A DNA stretch of 63,850 nucleotides, filler included, from Trichomonas gallinae (lineage: Eukaryota): assembly GCA_008369845.1 (NCBI GenBank). It is 4 parts of 4 records of this genome, joined end to end, with 100 filler letters (N's around TTAATTAATTAA, not from the genome) between each part and the next. Parts side by side here need not be neighbours in the genome. Positions count along the whole stretch, not along the records: positions 1 to 26,173 come from MRSU01000061.1; 3 more parts are not named here. The stretch is one strand, 5' to 3'. How positions within the stretch are numbered: position 1 is the stretch's first letter; each line of letters starts with the position of its first letter. The notes beneath the pieces were generated by a model. It was given only the letters and a program-made list of their open reading frames with translations, was not told where the DNA came from and did not search any database. Shown one piece after another: positions 11,055 to 21,000 of this stretch. A program made the position numbers and the translations under genes.

Positions 11055-11268
11055 AAGCTAAATAGAGTTTTTTTTTAAAATGCAAAACTCTTGTATATCA
11101 CATTCTACCTATACAGAAGTTGCTGAGTGTCATGCAAGAAAATGTATTTTCAATAATACAACATAAATGACGATCAATTTTTGCAACAACTAGTCTTATT
11201 TTCTGTCTAACTTTTTTTTTCGAAAACATTGATAAACTACAATAAAGAAATAAAAATAAATAAAAGAT

Positions 11269-14181
11269 TTACATATATGCTATATCAAGGACTTTCTTAC
11301 AAATATCATCAACTTCCTGTAATGACAGTGTTGCTCTCTTAGCGATCTCCTCTCTGACAGTTTGCGGCAGCTTGAGGTAGAGAATTGCCAGGTCGAGGTT
11401 GACCATTGTTGGGCATGGCAATCCGAAGTTGTTGTGCATCACCAGTCTGTGCGTTTCTGGCGAGAACTGGCCGACAGTCTCCATGTTGCTCTCTAATAAC
11501 TGGAAGACTCTAACAGCTTCTTCTGGAATCTCAATGACGCCGACAAGTTGGCCTTCTTTCGTTCCGATGATGATGAGGCCGTTGTCAGCTGCAGCGATGG
11601 AAGTTGCTGTAGAGCAGATGGCATAGGAACCAGCAAGAACGAGTTCATTGACAGTTGTGTTGTGGAAATCACTGTACCTGAACTCAAACAAAGCTCCAAA
11701 GTCGTCAAGTCCGAATATTCTCCTATTAGAGATCAAAACTTTGACAATACTCATCGCGATTGAATTTCTTGCGATTTCGACGAAATCTTCGTTCTTCCTG
11801 TTATACTCGACAAGTGAAACACTCTGAAGCTGATCACCAATGACGACAGTGTCTCCTTCAGCAGATATACAGCATGAAGCGCCAAGTGTCTGATAAGTTG
11901 TGATTTGCTTGAGTTTGATTTCTGAAAGCGAAACAGGCCAAACTCCGAGAAGCTCAATCGAGTCTGGATAAGCGACAATGAACGAATCTCCGAAAGAAAC
12001 GATGCTGAAAGGAATCTCATGGAGCTGATAATCAGATCTTCGCTCAAGGCATCCATGTATTATCTGATATAGTTTCAGTTTGTTGCCGAAAATTGCTCCG
12101 AGAAGCATTTTTCCGTCGTGTTCTAAAACGGCCATCGAAATGAACTTAGACTTCTCATCCGGATTGATCCTGTTCTCTGATGGCTTCAGCGGGTGCTGCG
12201 CAACGCAGAGTTCTCCTGTTGCAAGGTATTGTATGAATTCGTTGTTTGGAGTTCTGACGCAGAAATTGATTTCATCGTCGATCAAGTCGCACCTCACTTC
12301 TGGCTCCGTGTTTCCGATGCTGTAGATCGTGAGAACGTTGTTAGACACAATGCAAGCTGTTCCCATCAAAAGGGACGCTTGAGTGAACCCGCTGCACGAA
12401 AGTGTCCACATTGCTCCGCCGACGAACATAACCGGTGTTTCTCCGGATATGCAGAAACCTCTCGGCGTCGGGCAAACGCCTGTGTGCAAGCCTGGGCACT
12501 GCACACGCTTCTCAACGAGGTTCATGTCGACAGTGATGATGTCGTCGCACTCAAGGACGATAACTAAAACTGTTTGGTCGAAGAAAGCGGCAACAGCAGG
12601 AATATCATCTATCTGCTTCAAAACTTTCGATTCTTTGTCGACGAGAGTAACTTTGCGCTGCGACCATGAAACGAAAGCAAATCTCTCACCAGCAAGATCA
12701 GACGCTGCATTGCTGGTATTGATGTTATCGAATGAATATTTGACTTCTCCATCAATGTATATATCGATTTTATCATTAAAAGTGACTGTCGCAATTTTTC
12801 CATTTATTGAGCAACTCAAAGCCCTCTTCTTGAAGACTGTCGACTTAGTTTCGTAAACGATTGCTTCCCTTGTGACCTGTATGTATCCACCTTCAGTCAC
12901 GTTGAAAGCAAGAGTCTGGCCATCAGCTAGATCTGGAATTACTGTCGGATTTATTCCATCTTTGTTGAATTCTGCTGCGACGGTTTTTCCTCCATAAGTA
13001 GCCACAAATATGTTTTCTCTGTAGAGCCATATGCCCTGGCAGCCTGGGAAAGGCATCTGCGCGACATCAGAAAGCTGGATCTCTCTGGTGAGGTGGGCTG
13101 CATATCTTCCCGCGCAAAGACAGTCGACTTGCGAGCTTCCGACTGGAATAATCTGTCTTATTGATCCAGATGATTCGAATAGTGTATTTATCATTAATTT
13201 TGGAGGATATTCGCTGTCATCAATATGAATCATCGAAGAAGTGCCATCTGAGCCAATTGCAATAGCGCATTTATCATTATATCTGATAAGAGCTGCTGCG
13301 TTGCTGATTTCAGAGACTTTAAGAATATCTATCGCAATTGGTAAAACTCTCAACACGCAGATCTCTCCATTTTCGTTTATTGTCAGGTAGAAGTCATCTT
13401 TCATCTTGCACATTGATATTATAGGCGCCATCGTGTAAATTGTTGAAGATTGAACTTGAGGCGAAGATGTGACGATAAAATGGACTTTGCGCGCGATATT
13501 TGTTGATAATGCGATTACTGTTGACTCGTTGATGACTTTGATGAAGTAAACATCTGATTCGAAGCCAGCAGTAAAATTAGATTTTGGTGTGAATGTTTGC
13601 ATTGATTCATCTGACTCATAGGCCTGCATTTTTGTTCCTCCTGTGAATGTCTCATAGAGGACAATTAATCTGACGCAAATATCATCAACACACATAATTC
13701 CAAAATCGATAATGCTTTTACAGCAAACTGGGCAGTTAAACGAAGCGAGTAACCTTGAATATGGAGAAATTCGATAGTATTGTATTGTTGTTTGGCAAAT
13801 TTGGACGCATAAAGCTTTTGGACTGACTGCTATGCGGAATGGCGGGTCAATTTCGACTCCAACTGAAGATTTCATGTCTCCGGATTGTACGGTTGTGATC
13901 TCTCCGTTATTTACGCGAAGAATTGAAAAACGGTAATCTGATAATAAGACTAATAAATTTGCTTGCGTGTCTTGCGGATGCCTGAGTGGTATTACTCGAG
14001 CAATATCGCCAAATACTTGGTATTCTACTATTAAAATTGGAGAATCATCATTTATTTTGTAAAATTGAAGGAGGCTTCCGTGAGCAATTACGAGAACTTC
14101 CGAATCAGGGAAAAACTCCTTCAACAATGCCCCATCGGTGTTTGTTGTTGGTTGACAAAGAGATATAACACCGTACGGCAT
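11269..14181 (-). CDS. DDB1/CPSF160/SF3B3-family triple beta-propeller protein (most like DDB1)
   Basis: N-terminal ISLCQPT, VFGDI..V.P.R, LLVLLSDYRFSIL; C-terminal VVIGDQLQSVSLVEY..FVEIARN, IIIGTKEGQL, VGQFSP..HR. Likely start is MPYGV at 14181; the upstream ATG 14235 lies in a duplicated promoter unit. Confidence 0.8.
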   Translation of the reverse strand: MPYGVISLCQPTTNTDGALLKEFFPDSEVLVIAHGSLLQFYKINDDSPILIVEYQVFGDIARVIPLRHPQDTQANLLVLLSDYRFSILRVNNGEITTVQSGDMKSSVGVEIDPPFRIAVSPKALCVQICQTTIQYYRISPYSRLLASFNCPVCCKSIIDFGIMCVDDICVRLIVLYETFTGGTKMQAYESDESMQTFTPKSNFTAGFESDVYFIKVINESTVIALSTNIARKVHFIVTSSPQVQSSTIYTMAPIISMCKMKDDFYLTINENGEICVLRVLPIAIDILKVSEISNAAALIRYNDKCAIAIGSDGTSSMIHIDDSEYPPKLMINTLFESSGSIRQIIPVGSSQVDCLCAGRYAAHLTREIQLSDVAQMPFPGCQGIWLYRENIFVATYGGKTVAAEFNKDGINPTVIPDLADGQTLAFNVTEGGYIQVTREAIVYETKSTVFKKRALSCSINGKIATVTFNDKIDIYIDGEVKYSFDNINTSNAASDLAGERFAFVSWSQRKVTLVDKESKVLKQIDDIPAVAAFFDQTVLVIVLECDDIITVDMNLVEKRVQCPGLHTGVCPTPRGFCISGETPVMFVGGAMWTLSCSGFTQASLLMGTACIVSNNVLTIYSIGNTEPEVRCDLIDDEINFCVRTPNNEFIQYLATGELCVAQHPLKPSENRINPDEKSKFISMAVLEHDGKMLLGAIFGNKLKLYQIIHGCLERRSDYQLHEIPFSIVSFGDSFIVAYPDSIELLGVWPVSLSEIKLKQITTYQTLGASCCISAEGDTVVIGDQLQSVSLVEYNRKNEDFVEIARNSIAMSIVKVLISNRRIFGLDDFGALFEFRYSDFHNTTVNELVLAGSYAICSTATSIAAADNGLIIIGTKEGQLVGVIEIPEEAVRVFQLLESNMETVGQFSPETHRLVMHNNFGLPCPTMVNLDLAILYLKLPQTVREEIAKRATLSLQEVDDICKKVLDIAYM

Positions 14182-14185
14182 TGTC

Positions 14186-14640
14186 ACTTTTAGACTAAAG
14201 CAGGGGTTGTCACCAGACCCTACAATTTTTTTCATCTATCATTATCTATTATTGGTATGATACACACACATGTTTCTATATAAAAAACGCCTTTGTAAAC
14301 AGAATTTGCTGTATATGTATGCTGAAATATTTCTTCTACATCAAAACCTCCTATATTTGGACTTTCAAACTAAAACAGGGGGTTGCCACTAGACCCTACA
14401 ATTTTTTTTCATCTAGCATTATCTATTTTTGGTATGATACACACACACGTTTCTATAAAGGTGAGGACACCTGGTCTTCCCAGTGTAATCGCCTACCATA
14501 ATATACGCCGAACATTAAACTGGTGAATTTTTGACTAATCTGTCAGATTTTGAGTGTCCGCACCTTTGTTTCTATATGAAAAACGCCTTTACAAAAGGAA
14601 TTTGCTGTATATATATGTTGAAATATATCTTCTACATCAA
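14186..14640. repeat. imperfect tandem duplication of ~160-175 bp (copy 1 14186-14345; copy 2 14361-14640 interrupted by a MITE)
   Basis: Both copies share agaccctacaattttttt..catct, ggtatgatacacacac, aaaaacgccttt, gaatttgctgtatat, cttctacatcaa. Confidence 0.9.
14457..14567. mobile_element. 111-bp MITE with 14-bp TIRs and 8-bp target-site duplication (hAT-like)
   Basis: Left end AAAGGTGAGGACAC (14457-14470) and right end GTGTCCGCACCTTT (14554-14567) are 13/14 inverted. GTTTCTAT flanks both sides (14449-14456, 14568-14575). The paralogous copy at 14272 has a single GTTTCTAT (empty site). Confidence 0.85.
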
Positions 14641-15320
14641 TATCGCCAATTTCAAAAATCAAATAAACTCGGGACAATTTTCATTAAGACAAAGTTCCTA
14701 TTTCAAAGGCAACAGAATTATCTATTGATCAAAAGCATAGTGTACATGTTTTGTCATCACATATATTACTCACAGTCCCAGTTTCAAATTTTTTGCAGAA
14801 AATTTTTTAGAAATTAAATTTATATCATTATTACGCCATATCTTCGTAACTAAATCTTCTATTTTACAATTATACCTCGATAACCACATTAAAATATATG
14901 TAAAAAGAATATATAAATTTTGGGATTTTTTTTTTGTAGAACTTTTGATGAAACTATAATAGACTCTTAGTATACGCGCATGTGATCAATTCATTTAATC
15001 AAATTGCAAAATCAAAACAAAAATTTAAAAATACACTATTTGCCTAAAGATACATATACATTGTCTTTACAATTTTCCCAGAATACCTTTACATAATGAG
15101 AGGATCTTCATTTTCAGCAAGTAAAGCATATTCTCGTAAATTTCTCGTTTAATCACGGATTTTATGTGTAAACTATACTTTTAGCTACTAATTATGCTAT
15201 TTTTAATGAATATTTTTGTTTCAACGCTTGTTAATCAATCAATATTGAAATTTAGGATAAATTATCTACTTTTATTTCTATAAAACACAAACATTAATAA
15301 TTTACTAACAAAAAATTGAA

Positions 15321-16625
15321 TTACTTCGGTCTATTGTACTTCCTCGGCTGTGGATGCTTTGGTGTCAATGATACTGCTGTCACATGTTTCGCGAGTTCTT
15401 CCTGCATCGATGCAATCGAGTTTGGCGTTCTTGGGGCAGATGTCTCTGATTTTCTTTCGCGTGTAGGTGTTGACTGCTTTTGTTTTCTTTCAGTATTAGA
15501 TCTGTCGTGAGTTGGAGTTGAAAATTTGTTTTCTGACTTTGTGGAGATCGGCGGAGGTTTTTCTGTTGCTTTGCGGAGTATCTTTGTTGGAGTGTGTACT
15601 TGTACTTTTGAAACAACAGGCGATTGTGGTACAGTAGGTTGAGATATCAATTCATAAAACTTCAAAACGTATCTTTGCTGAGGTCCGATGATTGATCCTG
15701 GTCTGCAAATCCTTATCCATCCAATTGCTTCATCACCATCAAATCCAAAGTTCTTAATCATATAACAAGCAGCTAATGTTCCTGTTCTACCCAATCCAGC
15801 TTTGCAATGAAGCGCTACGACGTCATGGCCTTCAACTATATCGAGGAACTTGTTAAGGATCTCGTTCGGAGGGACTGAGCCGTCCAAGAAGTATAATTCC
15901 GTATGTTTGAATCCAGCATTGACAAATAGCTTTTCATCATAGAATCTCTGGCATAATCTCACTATTCTTGTAATACCACGCTGTTTAAATATCGGAATAA
16001 GCTCTCTGGGAGTTGATACTGTATAGCCGCCTTGAATCTTATTGGTTGCATATGGAGATGCAAACGCTAACAGTTTCCCTGGGATTAGCCAGTTCATATC
16101 ACCATTCTCAACCTGCTCATACTTGATCGTTTCAGCCGGATTGAAATTATCAGGCCTATACCAGCCGAGTTGCATAGCTTTATGGAGTCCTTTGAGACAA
16201 TGGAGTACAGTTAAGTCGTATGTCGATGGAAAAGACGAAGCATCACGGTAAGGTTTGAGAGATGATGCTAAATGTTGGACCGGAGCAAAGGCATCAGTAG
16301 GGCTTAGGTTATTATGTATCATATTATATGCGGAAATAAACAAAACAGCGTTGGCAATCTTTTGTGGAGTGAAACCGCAAACGTATTGAACAGTTTCTTT
16401 ATGAAGAGACAGATAATGATTCACTAATACGCAGAAGTTATGGATATGTGACAGCTCTGGTGGACCAAAATCCGAGAAAAATGGTAAATACTGGAATCGA
16501 TCATCGTTATCTATGCTAAAACTGAATGTAGTTGAAGTATTCGCAGGCTGGATTCGAAGGACTGAGAAAACGAGTCTATCTTTGATAATAACAATATTCT
16601 GATGTGGTTGTGGTAATGTGTGCAT
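15321..16625 (-). CDS. CDC14: Cdc14-family dual-specificity phosphatase
   Basis: FFSDFGP, PYRDAS, YEQVENGDMNWLIPGKLLAFASP, LYFLDGSVP, HCKAGLGRTG catalytic loop, WIRICRPGSIIGPQQ. Confidence 0.95.
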   Translation of the reverse strand: MHTLPQPHQNIVIIKDRLVFSVLRIQPANTSTTFSFSIDNDDRFQYLPFFSDFGPPELSHIHNFCVLVNHYLSLHKETVQYVCGFTPQKIANAVLFISAYNMIHNNLSPTDAFAPVQHLASSLKPYRDASSFPSTYDLTVLHCLKGLHKAMQLGWYRPDNFNPAETIKYEQVENGDMNWLIPGKLLAFASPYATNKIQGGYTVSTPRELIPIFKQRGITRIVRLCQRFYDEKLFVNAGFKHTELYFLDGSVPPNEILNKFLDIVEGHDVVALHCKAGLGRTGTLAACYMIKNFGFDGDEAIGWIRICRPGSIIGPQQRYVLKFYELISQPTVPQSPVVSKVQVHTPTKILRKATEKPPPISTKSENKFSTPTHDRSNTERKQKQSTPTRERKSETSAPRTPNSIASMQEELAKHVTAVSLTPKHPQPRKYNRPK

Positions 16626-16990
16626 CTATAATTTTTTTTCCTAAACGCATTTTTCATATTTTATTGTTTTTGCGAATCTGCACATTATAATACACCAGAA
16701 CGCAAAATACAACAAAATTTTGGCGATTTTCATCGTAAAATTTTTCAGCTCTTGACACTAAATTTACATTTATCAATCAGGACATGACAAAAGCACAAAA
16801 TTCGGGAAAAAGTTTGATAGCATACATTGTCCTGATGCTCAAAAAGAAGGATTTAAGTTCATGTTGGAGTGATACAAATTCAGCACAATGCAATTATAAT
16901 TATACAGATACTTGCAAAGAGACTAATAATCAGACATAAAGAAAATCATGACAATTTTGTTGTAAATAGTTTACAAATCAATTTTAATTA

Positions 16991-17046
16991 TTTACATGTC
17001 AGAAATAATTTTACAAAACAAAAATGATATTAAATTAAAAGTGACA
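16991..17046. promoter_or_regulatory. TGHCAYRTAAA copy (reverse) and AAAGTGAC (M2-like) core promoter motif
   Basis: tttacatgtca at 16991, aaagtgaca at 17038. Confidence 0.45.
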
Positions 17047-17061
17047 AATAACGTATATAAA

Positions 17062-17706
17062 ATGTCTATACCTGGAAAAGGAGCTCGTCATATTTCATCA
17101 ATTGCTGCCAGCTATGCTACGATTACGTCACCTCCTATTGATCTCTCCATGAGAGAATTGCGCGAATTTAGCGAAATGAAGATCGAAGAAAATCAAAATG
17201 CAGGCGAGTATCAAAAACTCGTTAAAAAGTACGGAAAAGACAACGTTATAATTAACGCCATCAGACTAAATAACAATAAAATCTCAGGCTGGGTCAATTT
17301 TATTACATCTCTTAGAAGCATGGTAGAAATCACACAAATTCAGTGGCTCGACTTATCATTCAACCAGTTACAGACAATTGAACCAACAATCGGCAGACTT
17401 CGCGGATTAGTTAAACTCCATCTCCACGCAAACAAAATCACCGACATTCTAGACGTCAACAAGCTCGTAGAACTCGAAAACCTCCGCGATCTTACACTGC
17501 ACGGAAATCCAATCGAAGATAGAGGAAGACTGAAATACAGAAATTATATTATTTCTGTTCTTCCGAACCTTAACTCATTAGATTTCACATCCTTGACTGC
17601 TCGCGACAAAGCTATCGCAAGCTCTTTCTGCTCTAACAAATCTCTGAAGAAGACCGTTTTCACAGAAGCTGAGCGTGCTGAAAGGAAGCGCGAATCGGAG
17701 AAGTAA
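17062..17706 (+). CDS. LRRC51: LRRC51-like leucine-rich repeat protein
   Basis: PIDLSMR, IRLNNN, WLDLSFNQL, LHLHANKI, LTLHGNPIE, YRNYIISVLPNLNSLDFT. The ATG at 16996 sits inside a motif copy, so ATG 17062 is the more likely start. Confidence 0.75.
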   Translation: MSIPGKGARHISSIAASYATITSPPIDLSMRELREFSEMKIEENQNAGEYQKLVKKYGKDNVIINAIRLNNNKISGWVNFITSLRSMVEITQIQWLDLSFNQLQTIEPTIGRLRGLVKLHLHANKITDILDVNKLVELENLRDLTLHGNPIEDRGRLKYRNYIISVLPNLNSLDFTSLTARDKAIASSFCSNKSLKKTVFTEAERAERKRESEK

Positions 17707-18074
17707 TGAACTTCTGGCAGTTTTTTTCTATGTTGCTTTTTATTTCTTTAATTAAATTAATTATCTTTTAAAATATTTATTTTTAATATGCAGCTAATAT
17801 TGACTATCATTAGCCAACTTTAAACCGGTCAATATTTTGAGTAAATTAGTAATTAATAAATCAAAAAATTAATTAAACGATAATAACAATATAAAATAGT
17901 GTAATATGGTTTTATAGGGGATTAAACATGAAATATATAGTTTACATGTAATTTGGAAAAAGTTATTCAATTGATATCGAAAAATTATAAATTGAATGAT
18001 TTGACTAGGAAATATATGATGGATATTAAAAAATACAAACAATTTTATTGAAAATAATAAAACAAAAAATAATA

Positions 18075-21000
18075 TTAGAAAATAACAGAATTCCTTCTGA
18101 GTTTTGCCTGTTTTCTATCCCACAGGCTTAGTCCGTAGAATGATGTAAAGCATGTAGGAGCTATGCTTGTCTCGTATTCGTTGAGCATCCTCATCCTTGG
18201 CCTGTCGTGTAACTTTTTAGCCAACAGATCGTTTGAAGACTTGTTTCTTATGATAGTGAACTTGGGGAATTTCTCTTTCGCTCGCTCTTCAGCCTCTCTC
18301 TGGTCCAATATCTTGAATGACTCCGGCTCATCATCGAGAGTTATTTTTGAGGATAGAGATTTATCATTCTTCCTCTCCTTCATTTTCATCATTTTAGATT
18401 TGTCTGAATGACCAGTACCTAAAATACTCGACAAGTCTGCAGAGACATCCATTTCTGTTGTATTCGCCATGAGTTTAGCCAAGAGTTCTTCCTCTTCTCT
18501 CCTTTGCAAGTCCTTCTTGTTAATGAGCGGCGAGTTTGGTTCTTCTTTCTTGATGATTTTCTTTTTGACGACTTTTCGCTTCGGTGTATCTGGATGCTCG
18601 ACTTCTTCTTCAGTGATACTTGAAATCGTGTTGTCTATCTCGAATCTAGCTTCTGAAGCTCTTCTGCCTATTGTCCTTCTCTGCTTTCCTTGTCCGAGCC
18701 TGTTTCCTGCTACAGCTTTCGGCTTGGTAGACTCAACAGACATGTTTGACGTCGAGTTTTTGGCTGAGCCTCTGTTTGATTTTGATAATTTCGTTGTTGA
18801 AGTTACAGGATCTTTGACAATAGGGATAATTTCTTTGGATTTTGATACAAGTGAGTTTGCGTCTTCCTCTTCTTCATTGTCTGATTGTATTGGTTCCATT
18901 TTTATTCCTGAAATGAGTTTGTTGTTTGTGTCGCCTAAGTCGATTTTTTCCTGCGACTTGCGAAGATTGACACTCTGGCGTGAGCCAGTTTTATCACTCT
19001 TCTTTCCTTTGGATAGCTTCCTGTCGTTTTTCTCAACTTTCTCATTGTTTCTTGATCTAGGCGGCCTCTTTTTTGCTTGCTTATCTTTCATTTTCGCGAG
19101 ATCAATATCTCCGATTTCTTCAGCGATTTGTAGCTTAGGAGTTTCTTGTCCACTCGTCGACTGGCTTCTGTGGGAAGTGATAGTGATTAGTGGGTCCTGT
19201 TTAGGAATTTCTAGTTCAGGAGCAGGTTCTTCTGGTGGTTTCGTTTCTTGTGGCTCTTCAGTTGGTTTGTTCAAGTTCGACAAAACTTCGGATGATTGTG
19301 TTTCTGTTTCATCTGATGTTGTTGAATACAATTCTTCTTCCTCATCCTCTTCTTCTTCATCTTTTCCTTCGACTTTCTCTTCTTTAGCATCTTCTGTTTT
19401 TTCAGCTTTTTCTTCCTCTTCTCCAATTGTTTCTTGTTTCTCTTCGACTTTTTCACCTTCTTCTTGTTTTTCTTCTTCTTCCTCTTCTTCTGCTTCAAGC
19501 TTGGAGACTTCTGCTACGCTTGTTGCATCTGTTGTAGTGTAATTTGTCTCTGTTTCATAGTTATCTTCTTCGACATATTCCTCTTCTTCTTGTTTTTGTT
19601 TTTCTTCTTCAGCTTTTCTTCTCTTTTCTTCCTCTTCTTCTTCAGTTCTTCTTCTTCCTTCTGCATCTTGTTGTTCTCTTTGAATTCTTGCTTGTTCTTC
19701 GGCTTCTTCTTGTGCTCTTTCTTCATCTTCTCTCAACCTGTGTATTTCTCCATCAATGTCAACATCTTCATCTTCTTCTTCAACATTTTCTTTATCTTGT
19801 TTTTCGCCTCCTTCTTCCTTTATTGTCGGTTCTTCTTCTTTAATAGCTGTTGGAAGATTTTCTTCTTCATCTTCTTTGATTGTCATGTTATTGAATTCCT
19901 GGGATTCATCGAGTTCTTCGAGTTCTGTGATTGAGTTTAAGCTGCTTGAATTTCTTCCAAGTTTGTCGAATTTCGGCGATTCAGGAAGTTTGATTTCCGG
20001 CTTCTTCTGCTCAATCACGCCGCTCACAGAATGCATTGATCCATCGCTGTCTTCGATATTTGTCGCTTCGTATGGCAAAGAGCTGAAACTGCCTCTGCTA
20101 GCCGACGAAACTTGGGTCGGAAGATTGTCGATGATGTCAGGAAGATCTGCGACAGATGTTTCTGGAGGATTGTCTCCAGTGTTTTCAGGTACTTCTTCTG
20201 GGATTCCCGTAGTTGTCGACTGTTTGTCGTCATCAATCGCGCTCCTCCTTGAATCCAATAATGAGATAGTTGAACTATTGTTCGACAAAGTTTTCTGGTG
20301 GAAGGACAAAAAGTTGACAGTTGGCTGCCATTTGGGCTGCTCAATCAGTGTTTCGTCTTCGATTAAGCCGACATCTTCCAGGACTTCTTTGAGCGCCTTG
20401 AAGTCATTCCTCTTCAGATGCTCTTCAACTTGCATGACACTTGCTGATTTAGGCCTGACAACTTTAGGAGACTTCGGTGGAACCAAAATTGATCCCTCGG
20501 TTGATGCAGGTGAATCTAAAGGCTCAAGATCGTTCTCTTCCATGATTGAGCCTTCAGGTATTGCTCCGAGATCAAATAATTCGGATGAAGACTCATTAAT
20601 TGATGGCAAGAAGTTTTTGCCGAGACTCAAAGAGTTGTTGATGTCGTTCAAAGTGAATAAACCGCTTGGAGGAGATCTGGGTCTTCCCTTGCCAAACGCT
20701 GCGTTTCCGTAGCCAGCGACAGTGAATCCCTTCAAGTCCTGCGGGATTCCTGACGATTCCATCGGAATTGTGTCTGCCAAAGGAGTCCATTCGGGAAGTG
20801 GTCCAAGCCTGTTCAAATTCAGGCTCTTGAGATCATCAGATGACACCGGCGGCGCGTTTTTGATGAGATCGGCGAGTGGATTGTCACTGCCTCCGTATAT
20901 ATCATTCAAGATCTTAAGTGAAGGAGAGTTTTCGACAAGTTTTTGTGCTCGAGAATTGTTATTATCGAAAATGTTGAGTCCCTGCATTGAAAACAAACTT

